This document shows, piece by piece, positions 13,817 to 26,613 of a DNA stretch of 64,000 nt. The stretch comes from Octopus vulgaris (Eukaryota). Position 1 is the first letter of the stretch. Each line of letters opens with the position of its first letter. Both the position numbers and the translations under genes were made by a program. Where the stretch lies: the NCBI GenBank assembly GCA_951406725.2, contig OX597814.1:199640001-199704000 (forward strand), read 5' to 3'. The notes under the pieces were generated by a model that made no database searches, had not been told where the DNA came from, and saw only the letters and a program-made list of their open reading frames with translations.

Positions 13817-14015
13817 TGACCGCGTGTGTATCGTTGGCTATTTTCTTTCTCCGTCTTCCCTTCCTTGGACTTTTTCTTTGTTTCTGACGAAGAGCTGCGC
13901 TCGAAACGTTAAATCCTCCTCCTTCTTTCTTTCCTTTCCTGAACGTCCAATAACACTATACTTGTTCCACGTCCTCGCGTTGTTGTGTTTTATGTTTGTT
14001 CATGTTTGGATTAAC
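13817..14015 (+). mobile_element. ~200-nt Penelope-tail/retrozyme-like unit with hammerhead-like motif
   Basis: Near copy of 26410-26600. Contains CTGACGA-A-GAGC TGC GCTC-GAAA-CGTT at 13884-13910 and ends in (TAGA)n. Confidence 0.7.
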
Positions 14016-15231
14016 TAGATAGATAGATAGATAGATAGATAGACGCACTTTTTTCACACGTTTATAAACGATGCTGTGAAAATACAATTGTTTTAATCAT
14101 AGGTCAGTTTTCATGATCAGTGGCGTTCCAAGTACTTATGGAACTATTTCTATCTAAGAATAAAGCTTGTGTGTCTCTATGGACAAACTTTCGGTATTGG
14201 TACACGATGTCATTCACCCACACGACCTCCCTTCATGACATAAAAAAGCTAAGCTGAAAAAGAGGGTGAAAGATCACTTCTACATGTGACTCTGTTTTGA
14301 CTAATGATAAGCTCATAACTCTTATTCGCCAACAGTTAATTAATGAATCTTCTCTACGTAGAGTTAGAAGAAGGCTCGCTTCTATGTGTGACTCAATTTT
14401 GTAAAATTAATCGCTATGTGTAATTGGATGTGTCTGTACAGAAGCAAATGAGCTGGAACTGTTAAAGATGTTTTGCTAACGACATATTTGTATTAATCTT
14501 CGTTTCGGGAATTGAAGTGTGTATATTCTGGGAACTGAAGTATGTATATGTGTGTAAACACATTTCATTTAGTGAGCTCCAAGCAGAATATTTGGATACT
14601 TCCACTCAAGCTTTGTCTTTATCTAAAATTCCTTGTTAATTGTATCAGATAATGAAAGCAAAACATGCGCGAATCCTATTCAACAACGTACATTCAACGC
14701 TCAAGATATTTGACGATATGATGTTTCTATTGTAATTATTTACAACCACCTCTTCTTTAATTACTGAGGTTAAGCAACGTAGCATCTTCGCTTTTTAAGT
14801 CTTTTCACTGTGTCTTTTACTGTTTCAGGCAAAATGGATAACAAAGTAACATACGCTGTATAATTTCCTTTATTATTTTCTTGTTCACTTAGTTATGTGC
14901 CTATTATAGACACCGGATACGTGAAGCTGGCTCGTTCCACTTACTGGCTTCACTTCTATCATGTGCTACGAAGAATTTTCAGTACTTTCATAATGAGATA
15001 TTGAAAATGTATTATATATATAGGTAATAATGAATCCACGAAAAATGTTCGCCTAGTTCTGATATATATATATATATATTATCAGATTGCCTGTTGCGGA
15101 ATTACGTCAAATTTATAAGGATTCATATTTTTTTCTCCCCAATAAATAACAATTTCAATGTTCCATTATCTTAATTTCATAAAACGAAGAGCAATACTTA
15201 CCCAAATGTGCCCCTCCCCACCAAATCTGTT

Positions 15232-15875
15232 TCTTCATAACTTCCAGGAAAATAGATATTTTTAATGAAATTTTCTACAAATATACTTCAGATTGCGTAG
15301 ATTCAGATTATATGGGAATTTGTTGTGAAAACATTTCCAGTGGATGGGGAGAAGAGTTTCAGAAAATTCACATGAGTCGGATTTGTTTCCTTGTAATTTT
15401 CAGAAAAATTAATATTTTTTTTTTTTTTAATGAAATTTTCTGTAAATACCTTTCAGAGTGTGTAGATCACGATTATATCGGAATTTAATATAAGAAAAAT
15501 GGTGGCTTGCACACAAACACACACACACACACACACTGACATATAATCACATATACCTACAAAATGAAACTTGAAATTTTGTCAAAAATTGTGATCTGTG
15601 TCACCGTGCTCACCGTCTTCCTTTTCACATCAAATTCTGCTATAATCGTAATCTATACACTCTGAAAGGTATTTGTAGAAAATTTCATTAAAAAATACCC
15701 ATTTTTCAGAAAGTTATGAGGAAACAAAATCAACTCGAATGAATTTTTAGAAACTCCTCTCACTACCTCCAGAACATTTTTTACAAGAAATTTCGATATA
15801 ATCGGAATCTATTCCATCTGAAGCGTATTTGTAGAAAATTTCATTTTTAAATATCCATTTTCCAGGAAGTTTAAG
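15232..15875. mobile_element. Foldback-like element with ~250-bp imperfect inverted arms
   Basis: 15232-15490 aligns with the reverse complement of 15630-15875. Each arm carries the AATGAAATTTTCT.CAAATAC subrepeat twice. Confidence 0.75.
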
Positions 15876-16047
15876 AAAACAAAGTCAGGTAGAATCACCC
15901 TTGTGTACGTTCACCAAATGAAGGTTATGTTTTCCACATTTTTTTTAAAAAGCATGGCTGTGTGATTTGAAAGGTAATTTCTCAACCAGTCGCACGGCAC
16001 AGCACTTGAGAAAGTGTCTTCTGCTATGGCTCCGTCCGACTAATACC

Positions 16048-16278
16048 TATTTCTTTACTACCGGCAAGGGACTAAACACAGAGGGTACAAATTAGGACAG
16101 ACAGACGGATTAAGTCGATTATATCGACCCCAGTGCGTCACTGGTACTTATTTAATCGACCCCGAAAGGATGAAAGGCAAAGTCGACCTCGGTGGAATTT
16201 GAACTCAGAACGTAGCGACAGACGAAATACCGCTAAGCATTTCGCCCGGTGCGCTAACGTTTCTGCCAACTCACCACC
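16048..16278 (-). mobile_element. SINE family B inserted into an older A-like SINE head
   Basis: 18-bp TSD CTCCGTCCGA(C/T)TAATACC at 16030-16047 and 16279-16296. Confidence 0.88.
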
Positions 16279-16888
16279 CTCCGTCCGATTAATACCTTGC
16301 CAGTAAATGTTGTAGACGGGCGATTACTGCAGAATTCGGGTGTGTGAGTGTGAGAAAGAGAGAGAAAACCAGTTTTAGTTTCTTACAATCTCTAATTCAG
16401 CAAAAAAAAAAAACGATAAAATAAGTATCAATCTTTTAAAGATTATTTAGGTAATGAGGCTGATTTGATGGATTAAAACCTTTCAAGGCGATGCCCCAGC
16501 ATGGTCGTAGTTTAATGACTGAAACAAGTGGAAAAAGCAAATACTTAAGAATTCTCTTGGGAATTAAAGCCAATAACAGTTATTCATTGTCGTGAAATCC
16601 ACACAATTAACTTCAAACGAGAGATGCATTGATTAAATTATATGCAAATACTGATCTCGGAGTGGACTGCTTTAGCGTATTTTAAGCATCCTTACTGTGT
16701 TTGTGTCACAAAACAAATGTATTTTGTAGCAGAGGAGCATACAGAGCTAATTGTTCTTCTATGACAAATAATGTTTCAAGCTAAACAGAGAGAAAAATTC
16801 CTTGTTGTGAATCAGCATTAATCCAGTGTACGAGGCTGCAGTCAATATTTATAACACTTATTCATATTGTCATTGTCCTTCTGTTGGT

Positions 16889-17297
16889 TTACTCGTTTAC
16901 TCTTTTACTTGTTTCACTCATTTGACTGCGGCCATGCTGGAGCACCGCCTTTAGGCGAGCAAATCGACCCCGGGACTTATTCTTTGTAAGCCCAGTACTT
17001 ATTCTATCGGTCTCTTTTTGCCGAACCGCTCAGTGACGGGGACGTAAACACACCAGCATCGGTTGTCAAGCAATGCTAGGTGGACAAACACAGACACACA
17101 AACACACACACATACACATATATATACATATATACGACAGGCTTCTTTCAGTTTCCGTCTACCAAATCCACTCACAAGGCATTGGTCAGCCCGGGGCTAT
17201 AGCAGAAGACACTTGCCCAAGATGCCACGCAGTAGGACTGAACCCGGAACCATGTGGCTGGTTAGCAAGCTACTTACCACACAGCCACTCCTGCGCC
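16889..17297 (-). mobile_element. SINE family A, full length
   Basis: High similarity to 1-444. Confidence 0.92.
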
Positions 17298-17836
17298 GTT
17301 TATTCCTTTCGCATGTAAATTGTTACTCAAAAATAAAGCATCTGAATATTGAAGAGAGAAAGGATGCAAGAAAAATGGATTTCAAAAGTTAAAGAAAGAA
17401 AATCTCATCTTGAATAACAGTTTCAGGCATTTTTCATATATATAGAAATCCGGTAAAAGTGATCGGTCGTGTAAGTACCAGGCTTTAAAAAATGTACTGT
17501 CATCGATTCACTCGACCAAAAGTTTTTCAAGGCGGTGTCCCAGCATGGGGTAAACGCACGCACGCACGCACACATACACACACACACACACATATATATT
17601 AACCGGTGTTGTTCAAACGTTAGCGTAAACTATTGGTTCGTTTTGTTCTCTTTATCATCATCTTATAATAACTTTTATGACTCGTATTACTACCTCAGTC
17701 AATCTAAATGTATATATTTGTCGTTACCTGTCATAAATAGCCTTTTTCTATTTGCAATATGTATTTTCGTTGATTTTTCATATTTTACCCTTACATTTCC
17801 ACGTGTATTTTATATTTTCTTTTAGAAACATATTTC

Positions 17837-17890
<54 letters not shown>

Positions 17891-17958
17891 TTTGGAGTTG
17901 GTGAGTGTGTTAAATTATAAGGCACAAAACGAAAATGACTCTCCCCAGACAGAACAGA

Positions 17959-17997
<39 letters not shown>

Positions 17998-18162
17998 ATA
18001 CACATACAGAATTCATTTCATCAATATAATGTTAGCAAGTCAACGATTGGTTGTCTTCATTGCGTTTTCTCTTCGTATTATATTGTTGAGTTGGAGTTTT
18101 CTTTCAAATTCTGGAAGCATAAATTGGTTTATTATTTCTTCTGTGGTCAATAATATATATAT

Positions 18163-18219
<57 letters not shown>

Positions 18220-18840
18220 AAGGTAAAAATATAAATCTGCTGTCCCTCCCACCTCTACATACAGAAGATCCATTATTTAATAGCTGGCCAATAAGAGTTA
18301 TGATCATATTATTAGCTATATAAACTTGATATACTTGTCACTGTAGTATATGATTGACGACTAATCGATACTTTCAAATAAGATTTAGCAAATTGCCTGC
18401 ACGTGTGGTTATTATAGCTTCAAATATGTTTACCCATATTATTTCCTTCTGAAATATTTTATTTTGTAATTAAAAACTGATTTTCTATTAAACGAATCTT
18501 TACGTTTATGATTGGGAATCATTGTCTGATAGCATTGAGTTCATTGTATTTTCTTTATTCATAAAGAACGTCATCTAATAATGATACGGGGAGAGGAATA
18601 ATTTTTAATCATCAAAATAAAATTCATTTCGAGTCTCTTTTCCAAGATGATTAAACAATGCGCTTTGCACATCAGGTTTGGTTCAGTGATACAAATAATG
18701 TGAACGATGCATGTAAATCTTGAATTGAAATCCAGTTTTGTATGAAGAGTACAAAATAAGAAGAAATTTAGAAGTAAATATGGCTTCTTTGCGTAACTGT
18801 ACTAAGCGATTTGTATTTTACTCTGCAATGGTTACTGTTA

Positions 18841-19154
18841 TGGAGGCGCAATGGCCCAGTGGTTAGGGCAACAGACTCGCGGTCGGAGGATCGTGGTTTC
18901 GATTCCCAGACCGGGCGTTGTGTGTGTTTATTGAGCGAAAACGCCTAAAGTTCCACGAGGCTCCGGCAGGGAGGGGGCGACTCCTGTTGTACTCTTTTGC
19001 CCCAACTTTCTCTCACTCTTTCTTCCTGTTTCTTGAGTAACGCTGCGATGGACTGGCGTCCCGTCCAGCTAGGGGGGAAACATATACCACAGAAACCGAG
19101 AAACCGGGTCCATGAGCCTGGCTAGGCTTGAAAAGGGCGCATAAATAAATAAAT
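18841..19154 (+). mobile_element. SINE family C, intact
   Basis: A box TGGCCCAGTGG, B box GTTTCGATTCC, (TAAA)n tail, and a perfect 14-bp TSD AATGGTTACTGTTA at 18827-18840 and 19155-19168. Confidence 0.93.
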
Positions 19155-20041
19155 AATGGTTACTGTTAAGCAGAGTCTATCAAACACTTAGTAACTTGCA
19201 AATTGCTTTAAAATAAGTAAACTCATGAATATTCTAAATGATCGTAGATTTCATTTTTGGAGGCAAAAAAATGTCTTGATGTCTATAGCGAGTTGCTTCG
19301 AGTATTTGGTCGTATTTTCTTATTTTCAATTTAAAGAACAATAAATTAAGTTCTGTTATATGACTACCATCAGGAGGGAGGTATTATCCAGCTGGAATTG
19401 AATACTGGAAAGTTGTTCAAACACATTGACATTAAAATATTTATTTCCAAGTAAGCTGCATTTCTGTTCATTTCTGTTACATCTGCTTTAACATACATCC
19501 TACCAGCTTAGAAAAGGAAGGTTATATGAATGATGTAGTTCTACATATATTATGCTTGTAAATAAAATTGTCTACTAATAAGGTCACGGTTGGAAAGTGT
19601 TCCATCGAATGTTTTCTCAGTTCAGGCTGCCCTGAGGTAAAGAACAACAAATGTTTTTTTACAGACTTGTCTGCTACACCACAACCTAAATATATTTCTT
19701 TAATTAACCATTTTTTCTTTTTGTTTGTTTTTAAACATTTAAGTGTTAACTATATCATGTATCTTTCCTGTCGACATAGACTACTACATTTCTTACATTA
19801 TTATAGCTTGTTAGTTTCCTCTTGTTAATTACATGTATTAAAGATTTTGATAACACCCATCTGGTAGTCTTCGGAATTCTTGTTAACTGCCTGCTTTAGC
19901 TTTTCTCATATTGGCAGGTTAATTTGCTTACCATCGTAGTTTACAAAAAGATAAAACTTATATTTACAATAGTGAAGTACTCAGATTAAAAATATATTCA
20001 CCTTTCACATAGGATTCTGCGTTCAAATTTGTATATAAATA

Positions 20042-20266
20042 TTGGGTTGTCCGGAAAGTTCGTGCTGATTTATAGTAGCCTACCTTTCGACTTACCTTCC
20101 CAGGCACCTCAATTCTGGGAAGAGGGTATTTTCAAGTTAAAGGAAAGATGGAGATGCATTGTGCAACAAAATGGTTCATATTTGGTTGATTAAAAATGTA
20201 GTGGCAAGTATTTATTGACCTTTTTCTTTCCTATAAAAATCGGCACGAACTTTCCGGACAACCCAA
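20042..20266 (+). mobile_element. Non-autonomous mariner deletion derivative
   Basis: 30-bp TIRs TTGGGTTGTCCGGAAAGTTCGTGC(T/C)GATTT with TA flanks. Internal 20113-20193 encodes FWEEGIFKLKERWRCIVQQNGSYLVD*, the mariner transposase C-terminus. Confidence 0.92.
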
Positions 20267-20814
20267 TATAATATTAACTTACAAATAAGAGCACGCTACA
20301 TTTGAAGATGTCAACATTGAATTTATTGATACGGTTTTAATTTCACGATACATATTCAATGTTATTCGTTGAAATTAAATGTGAAATGTTTATGACAATT
20401 ATAGATGTTTCTTCGATAATGGCTGGGCTTGGATCATTGGATTACCGATTTAAATACAACAGCAAATCTGCAGCGAATGAATTTAAAAGTGAATCTACTT
20501 TTGTCAATAACTGTATTGAAATTGCATGACAATCAATCATTTCTAAACTGAAATATCTCACGCATCTGAAAGTTAAATGCCTAGGCTTCTGAATGAATGA
20601 GTGAATTTAATGACACTTCTAAAGCGTTCTGAAGTGAAATGCGTTTATAAGATATGAAAAAAAAAATTATGAAACCTTCAAATATCGAAATAAATTAAAT
20701 CTTGTGACAATCTAAAATACCACCCATATATTTTTATATAAGTTGTGTTGATTATGATAAGGAGTTAAGGCATAGAAGCACATTAATTGTATTGTTAGCA
20801 TCTGACATTAAGGT

Positions 20815-21411
20815 ACCGAGCTGGCAGAAACGTTAACGCGCCGGGCGAAATGCTTAGCGGTATTTCGTCTGCCGTTACGGTCTGAGTTCAAATTCCGCCG
20901 AGGTCGACTTTGCCTTTCACCCTTTCGGGATCGATTAAATAAGTACCAGTTACGCACTGGGGTCGATATAATCGACTTAATCCGTTTGTCTGTCCTTGTT
21001 TGTCCTTTCTGTGTTTAGCCCCTAACGGGTAGTAAAGAAATAGGTATTTCGTCTGCCGCTACGTTCTGAGTTCAAATTCCGCCGAAGTCAACTTTGCCTT
21101 TCATCCTTTCGGGGTCGATTAAATAAGTACCAGTTACGCACTGGGGTCGATATAATCGACTTAATCCGTTTGTCTGTCCTTGTTTGTCCTTTCTGTGTTT
21201 AGCCCCTAACGGGTAGTAAAGAAATAGGTATTTCGTCTGCCGCTACGTTCTGAGTTCAAATTCCGCCGAAGTCAACTTTGCCTTTCATCCTTTCGGGGTC
21301 GATTAAATAAGTACCAGTTACGCACTGGGGTCGATGTAATCGACTTAATCCCTTTGTCTGTCCTTGTTTGTCCCCTTTATGTTTAGCCCCTTGTGGGTAA
21401 TAAAGAAATAA
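20815..21411 (+). mobile_element. SINE family B tandem trimer (184-bp period)
   Basis: TATTTCGTCTGCCG recurs at 20861, 21045 and 21229 after a single tRNA-like head. Confidence 0.92.
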
Positions 21412-22330
21412 GAATCGTTATCGCGTTTGACAAAATGCTTAGCGGCATTTCTTTCTTCTCTTTATGTCATGAGTTCAAACACCTGTAGGTTAGCTTTATA
21501 GGGTCGATAAAATAAAGTACCAGCCAAGTACCGAGTTCAATGTAATAGATTTGCCTAAACCTCTCAAAGTTACTGGCCTTGTTGCCAAAATTAGAAAGAA
21601 TTATTTAAAATCTCAATCAATACAGAAATTGAGTTTGAACAAAGAGACATCCAGGAAAATGTCCTATATCACTGCGGTTTACAGTCTGAATAATCGCCAT
21701 TTATTGTTTAAAATATATAAAATTTACCAAATAACTTGGATCTTAAATTATTCATCGGTGTTATAAAAGAAAACAGATGCTTCTTTTCTTTGGGGCTGAA
21801 TATCAAGAGCTGCACACGAACATTTTGAAACTGTCTACCTCAGGGTGTTGTACTTGCTCCATCTATGCAAATGATCACTCGAAATATAATACTGAACTTG
21901 TTATCTATGCATAATTTCCCAAGGTGAAATTTGGATATCAAAACATGGCTTGATGAATACTTTAAACAACCTAAGCTATCGTTGCTACGAAAGCAAACAT
22001 TTAATTCTTAATCTTGTGAAAACACAACTCTTATTTTAATTCTCTTTTTCTTTTTTGTTTCATGTAATGAATAATGAAATCTTTAGATAGTTAAATATCT
22101 TGTGGTCATGAACAAATTTCTAACGAGTGTTTTGGAACATTTCCAGAATTCAAAACATCTCTTCGTTGCTAGAACATAATCTAAATCTCATAAAACAATT
22201 TAAGGACCAATGTGAGCACAAAATAATATCCTGCTATTTGTAACAACTTTTCAATACGGTTTCAAACCCTTAGACGCTCCGAATAACAGTATTGGCTCTA
22301 TGCAACTGAGTTGTAGTATAGCTACATATT

Positions 22331-22636
22331 CTTATTTCTTTACTACCCACATTTCGCGCGGCGTGCTAACGTTTCTGCCAGCTCGCCGCCTTATAGCTAC
22401 ATATTCTTTTATATATTTCTTTATTGCCCACAAGGGGTTAAACATAGAGGGGACAGACAAAGAGATTAAGTCGATTACAACTACCCCAGTGCGAAACTGG
22501 AACTTTATTTATCGACCCTGAAAAGATGAAAGGCAAAGTCGACCTCGGTGGAATTTGAACTCAGAAAGGTAGCGGCAGACGAAATACCGCTAAGCATTTC
22601 GCCCGGCGTGCTAACGTTTCTACCAGCTTGCCGCCT
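22331..22636 (-). mobile_element. SINE family B full copy plus an internally deleted mini-copy
   Basis: TATAGCTACATAT occurs three times (~22317, ~22392, ~22648), bracketing both copies. Confidence 0.85.
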
Positions 22637-22689
22637 TCTTTTATACTATAGCTACATATATCCTTTAGATCTCTGAACGCCGTTCTCAA

Positions 22690-24120
22690 CGAGACCTCCA
22701 TAACTGATTGTCTCAAGCTTACTGACTCACACAGTCTTATGTGTTGAGTCATTTGAGATAAGACTGTCGGTATCTCCCTTTCCATCTCTGTTCCCTACAA
22801 ATCTCCTTGCTCATACTCCTACCTCCGCTATTTCTCTTCTCAATCAAGGCACCAAATCCACTTCACCGTTCTCCTAGTTTCTCTGCCTTAATTGACTCTA
22901 CAGCATCGATTCGGATTTCGAATCGTCACGTGAGAGAATGTGACATGTGTTCCTCAAACGAAGGTATCTTCGATCGGTTTTGAACCCTGCCCTCAGCAGA
23001 ACTCAGGCTGTCGTTCGAGCCACCGTTTTCCCCATCCCTTCTTCACAGAGAGGGGTTAGAGAATGGTGGTTACTCACATTGAGACTAGATTACTCACCTT
23101 CACCATCCGTTCATCCGTACGTACATCTGCCCTACACTTTCATCTACAACTTCCAAATCCTACTCTCTGACACCCACAATCGCCTCATCTCTCTCGCACA
23201 TCTCCTCGCCGCCTTCAAGAAAGATAAAAAAAAATGCCGGCAACGTCTTAGAAGCTCCATACCACTTAGCCATGCACAACCAGCCACATTTCAATGCGTT
23301 CGCTAGAGATGCAACACTTGTCCCGATATCAACAGTGCTACGACCATCACCGATCCTTAGTCGCAGTACCACATTACATGAAACTTCCACACGTCTACTG
23401 ACATCATATACTGCATTATCAGTGAACTTAGCGATACCATCTACATTGGTGGTGGAACAGGCTGTCGCCCAGCCGATCATTTTCGCGAACACATTCCAAA
23501 TATTCTACTACGGATACCTATTTTTTTACTACCCACAAAGGGCTAAACACAGAGGGGACAAACAAGGACAGACAAACGGATTAAGTGGATTATATCGACC
23601 CCAGTGCGTAACTGGTACTTATTTAATCGACATCGAAAGGATGAAAGGCAAAGTCGACCTCGGCGGAATTTGAACTCAGAACGTAGCGGCAGACGAAATA
23701 CCTATTTCTTTACTACCCACAAAGGGCTAAACACAGAGGGGACAAACAAGGACAGACACACGGATAAAGTCGATTATATCGACCCCAGTGCGTAACTTGG
23801 TACTTATTTAATCGACCCCGAAAGGATGAAAGGCAAAGTCGACCTCGGTGGAATTTGAACTCAGAACATAACGGTAGACGAAATACCGCTAAGGATTTCG
23901 CCCGGCGTGCTGACGTTTCTGCCAGCTCGCCGCCTTATATTCTACCACGGATACCCCGCCGCCTACTACGAGACAACGGGCTACGCCATTACCTACTTAT
24001 CAGAATCCGGCATCTCTGTACACCGTGGATCCGCACAGACAAGGAAATGAAAGAAGCAACCCTTATTAAAACTTGTAATCAGTCTCCCTGTTCTGTGGAG
24101 AGTATTTTTCCATATACCTC
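22690..24120 (+). mobile_element. Decayed Penelope-like element (RT C-terminus, linker, GIY-YIG endonuclease), interrupted by a SINE B dimer
   Basis: Translation gives KLTDSHS, FS*FLCL..DSDFE..FLKRRY, NFQILLSD..AAFKKDK, C..RCNTCP, IIYCI..IYIGGGTG..DHFREH, and after the SINE GISVHRGS. These match PLE motifs (KPTDSH, IPYSQFLR, C..C, IYCI..YIGET..RFREH). Confidence 0.82.
23519..23937 (-). mobile_element. SINE family B dimer
   Basis: Two units bounded by one 18-bp TSD TATTCTAC(T/C)ACGGATACC at 23501-23518 and 23938-23955. Confidence 0.9.
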
Positions 24121-25167
24121 TTCGCTTATTATCCAGCTGTTTAATATCTTTATCTACGCGTAGTATTACAGTTTTCTCGTCCAAGCCATTAAAGAAAATG
24201 TATTGTCCTATGTAGGTAAAAATAGGCAGCCTTTGTAAAATTTATATGTATGTAGTATATCCCAAATGTAAACGAATATTTTCGTAACAATTACTGTCCA
24301 TTCCTAATTCACATGATTGTTGCTAACAACTAATTTCGTTAGCTTCTCCCTTGGTTCCATACATTTAAAATAAATAATTAAAATTAATCACAGTGCATTT
24401 TCAGAAACGACTACGCGCAATAAAATTTATTTTTTAGTATCTTATTTTAATCAGGAAGAATTTTCTAATTATTTCATTAAAGCTGTGATACGGTTAAACC
24501 CAAGTGAAAATCTACTTGTAAATGAATTCAACATAAAATCAAATGACTTCTAATACAGTAAAATATCTACATAAAGTATTGAAATGCTTTATTCAAAATA
24601 CAAACAGTACTGTCTCTTCCACGGGCGTAGTTTACTTCAAGTTTGAAATGAACGTAATTAGCAAATTGTCATGCTGTGTTAACATTGCACTAAAAAAATT
24701 AATTAGGGTACGCGCATAATTTTCATATTTTAGAATATGTTTAATAAGTTTGATTTCTGATAGTCATAGTAACTTCAAGGCAATTCACAGCATGACTTCG
24801 CATTTAAAATGGAAAACATCTTTTCCTAAGTAGTCCGTTCAACGCGTTCAAAACCTCCGCACGTTACGTAGGCTTGGAACTTGGTTAAAGAAAGAAAGTG
24901 AGAGAGAGGTGGGGAGTTTTAACAATTTGGATAGTTCCCTTCAGCTAAAAATTGGTACAAGGTAAATTGAAAACTACGCTGTCATAGTAATTACATTAAA
25001 CCATTACTTTCCATTTTGAAGACGTAAATCTGTCACAAGTTTCTGGGTTTTGTTTTGTTTTGTTTTTTCAAGTTGTTTATATGATTTTCTTTATCTTAAA
25101 CTAAAACGATAGATCGTAAAAGTCAAGTAGATCCACTAGTTCAAAGTGAAACACATACATAGAGCTT

Positions 25168-25489
25168 TCTCTCTCACACTCGCTCACTCTCTCTGTTTAT
25201 CTTTCTCTCTCCCTCTCTCTTTCTCCCTCTCTCTTTCTCTCTCTCTTTCTCTCTCTCTCTTCTCTCTCTCTCTCTTTCTCTCTCCCTCTTTCTCTCTCTC
25301 TCTCCCTCTTTCTCTCTCTCTCCCTCTTTCTCTCTCTCTCCCTCTTTCTCTCTCTCTCCCTCTTTCTCTCTCTCCCTCTCTCTCTCTCTCTCCCTCTTTC
25401 TCTCTCTCTCTCCCTCTTTCTCTCTCTCCCTCTTTCTCTCTCTCGCTCTTTCTCTCTCTCGCTCTTTCTCTCTCCCGCTCTTTCTCTCT

Positions 25490-25550
<61 letters not shown>

Positions 25551-25660
25551 CTCTCTTTCTCCCTCTTTCTCTCTCTCTCCCTCCCCTCTCTCTCTCTTTC
25601 TCTCTCTCTCCCCTTCTTACTCTCTCTCACACACAGACACATCATACACTCACGCACACT
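25168..25660. repeat. (CT)n-rich polypyrimidine/polypurine tract
   Basis: Directly visible; source of the LSLS/ERER ORFs. Confidence 0.97.
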
Positions 25661-26224
25661 TACACACATTTGCGTCTAAGCTAAGCTACCATTTCCAGTC
25701 AACGTGACAGTACAAGATATCGACCATCGCCAAGACTATTCTTGGTGTACTTCCGTTCGGTCTATTCACTTCATATATTTACTTCTCCTTTTCACTTGTA
25801 CAACGAAGTATTATCCTTTAATTTTGCTACAAGTTCGCTTTGGCTTGTCTCACTTAGTAAACCGAGATTCAGATATTTCCTGTTCAGTATTACATAAAGA
25901 CATCAATGAAATTGCAATTAGTTAATGAATATGTAAAATAAAACCAAAAATTAGTTTGAGTGATTAATCTTCCTATACCTTAGCCGTTTACAAAAACATT
26001 AGGGATAAGCATTAAATTTCATTATATGAAACCTTCGTATGTTTAATTCTGTCAAATCTCAGATCTCCAGTTGTCTGAAGCCTCTCCAGCATGTAATTTT
26101 CTGAATTTCTCTTCTAATTTGAAGCATCCAAAAAGTCACCGTATTCATTTTTCGTCTGTTCAAAGTCTGTTCTCCAGACAAAGAAAGTGTTGGTGAGAAA
26201 TTTTGAGATTGAGTTATATAATAA

Positions 26225-26600
26225 AAAAAAAATAGAGAAAAGACAAGAAGGCGAATACGTGGGACATACAAAGCATTAGTAAGACGCTCAGGAAAGAAGC
26301 AGTTGTTGTTTAACGATTCGAGCAAAAGCTCTTCTTCCGAATCCAGAGACATAAGAAAGTCCAAGCGAAAAGGTGGAAGGAGGAAAAAACATCGCCAACA
26401 GTCCACGTGTGACCGCGTGTGTATCGTTGGTGATTTTTTTCCTTCCGTCTTCCCTTCCTTGGATCTTTCCTTTTCCTATCTTTCTGACGAAGAGCTCAGC
26501 TCGAAACGTTAAATCCTCCTTCTTTCTTTTCCTGAGCGTCCAATAATACTATACTTGTTCCACGTCCTCGCGTTGTTGTGTTTTCATGTTTGGATTAACT
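26225..26600. mobile_element. Head-to-head pair of Penelope-tail-like units
   Basis: Plus copy 26410-26600 has CTGACGA-A-GAGC TCA GCTC-GAAA-CGTT at 26484-26510. Related minus copy ~26405-26225 has the degenerate core CGGAAGA-A-GAGC TTTT GCTC-GAAT-CGTT. Confidence 0.7.
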
Positions 26601-26613
26601 ATATATATATATA

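Noticed and set aside
18841-18920. tRNA gene-like sequence
   Set aside because: A and B boxes are present, but it continues into a SINE body with tail and TSD, and no full cloverleaf is evident. No true tRNA or rRNA gene was found in the window.
19374-19640. Possible plus-strand exons (EGGIIQLELNTGKLFKHIDIKIFIS; SGCPE)
   Set aside because: Splice-like signals and open frames exist, but there is no recognisable homology; such hits are expected by chance in AT-rich DNA. The same applies to minus-strand candidates near 4862-4919 and ~8500-8570.
20861-21411. Regularly spaced direct repeats resembling a CRISPR array
   Set aside because: Units are 184-bp near-identical SINE copies with no unique spacers; eukaryotic context and no cas genes.
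25146-25679. 177-aa LS-rich and 161-aa ER-rich ORFs
   Set aside because: Both are readings of the (CT)n tract.
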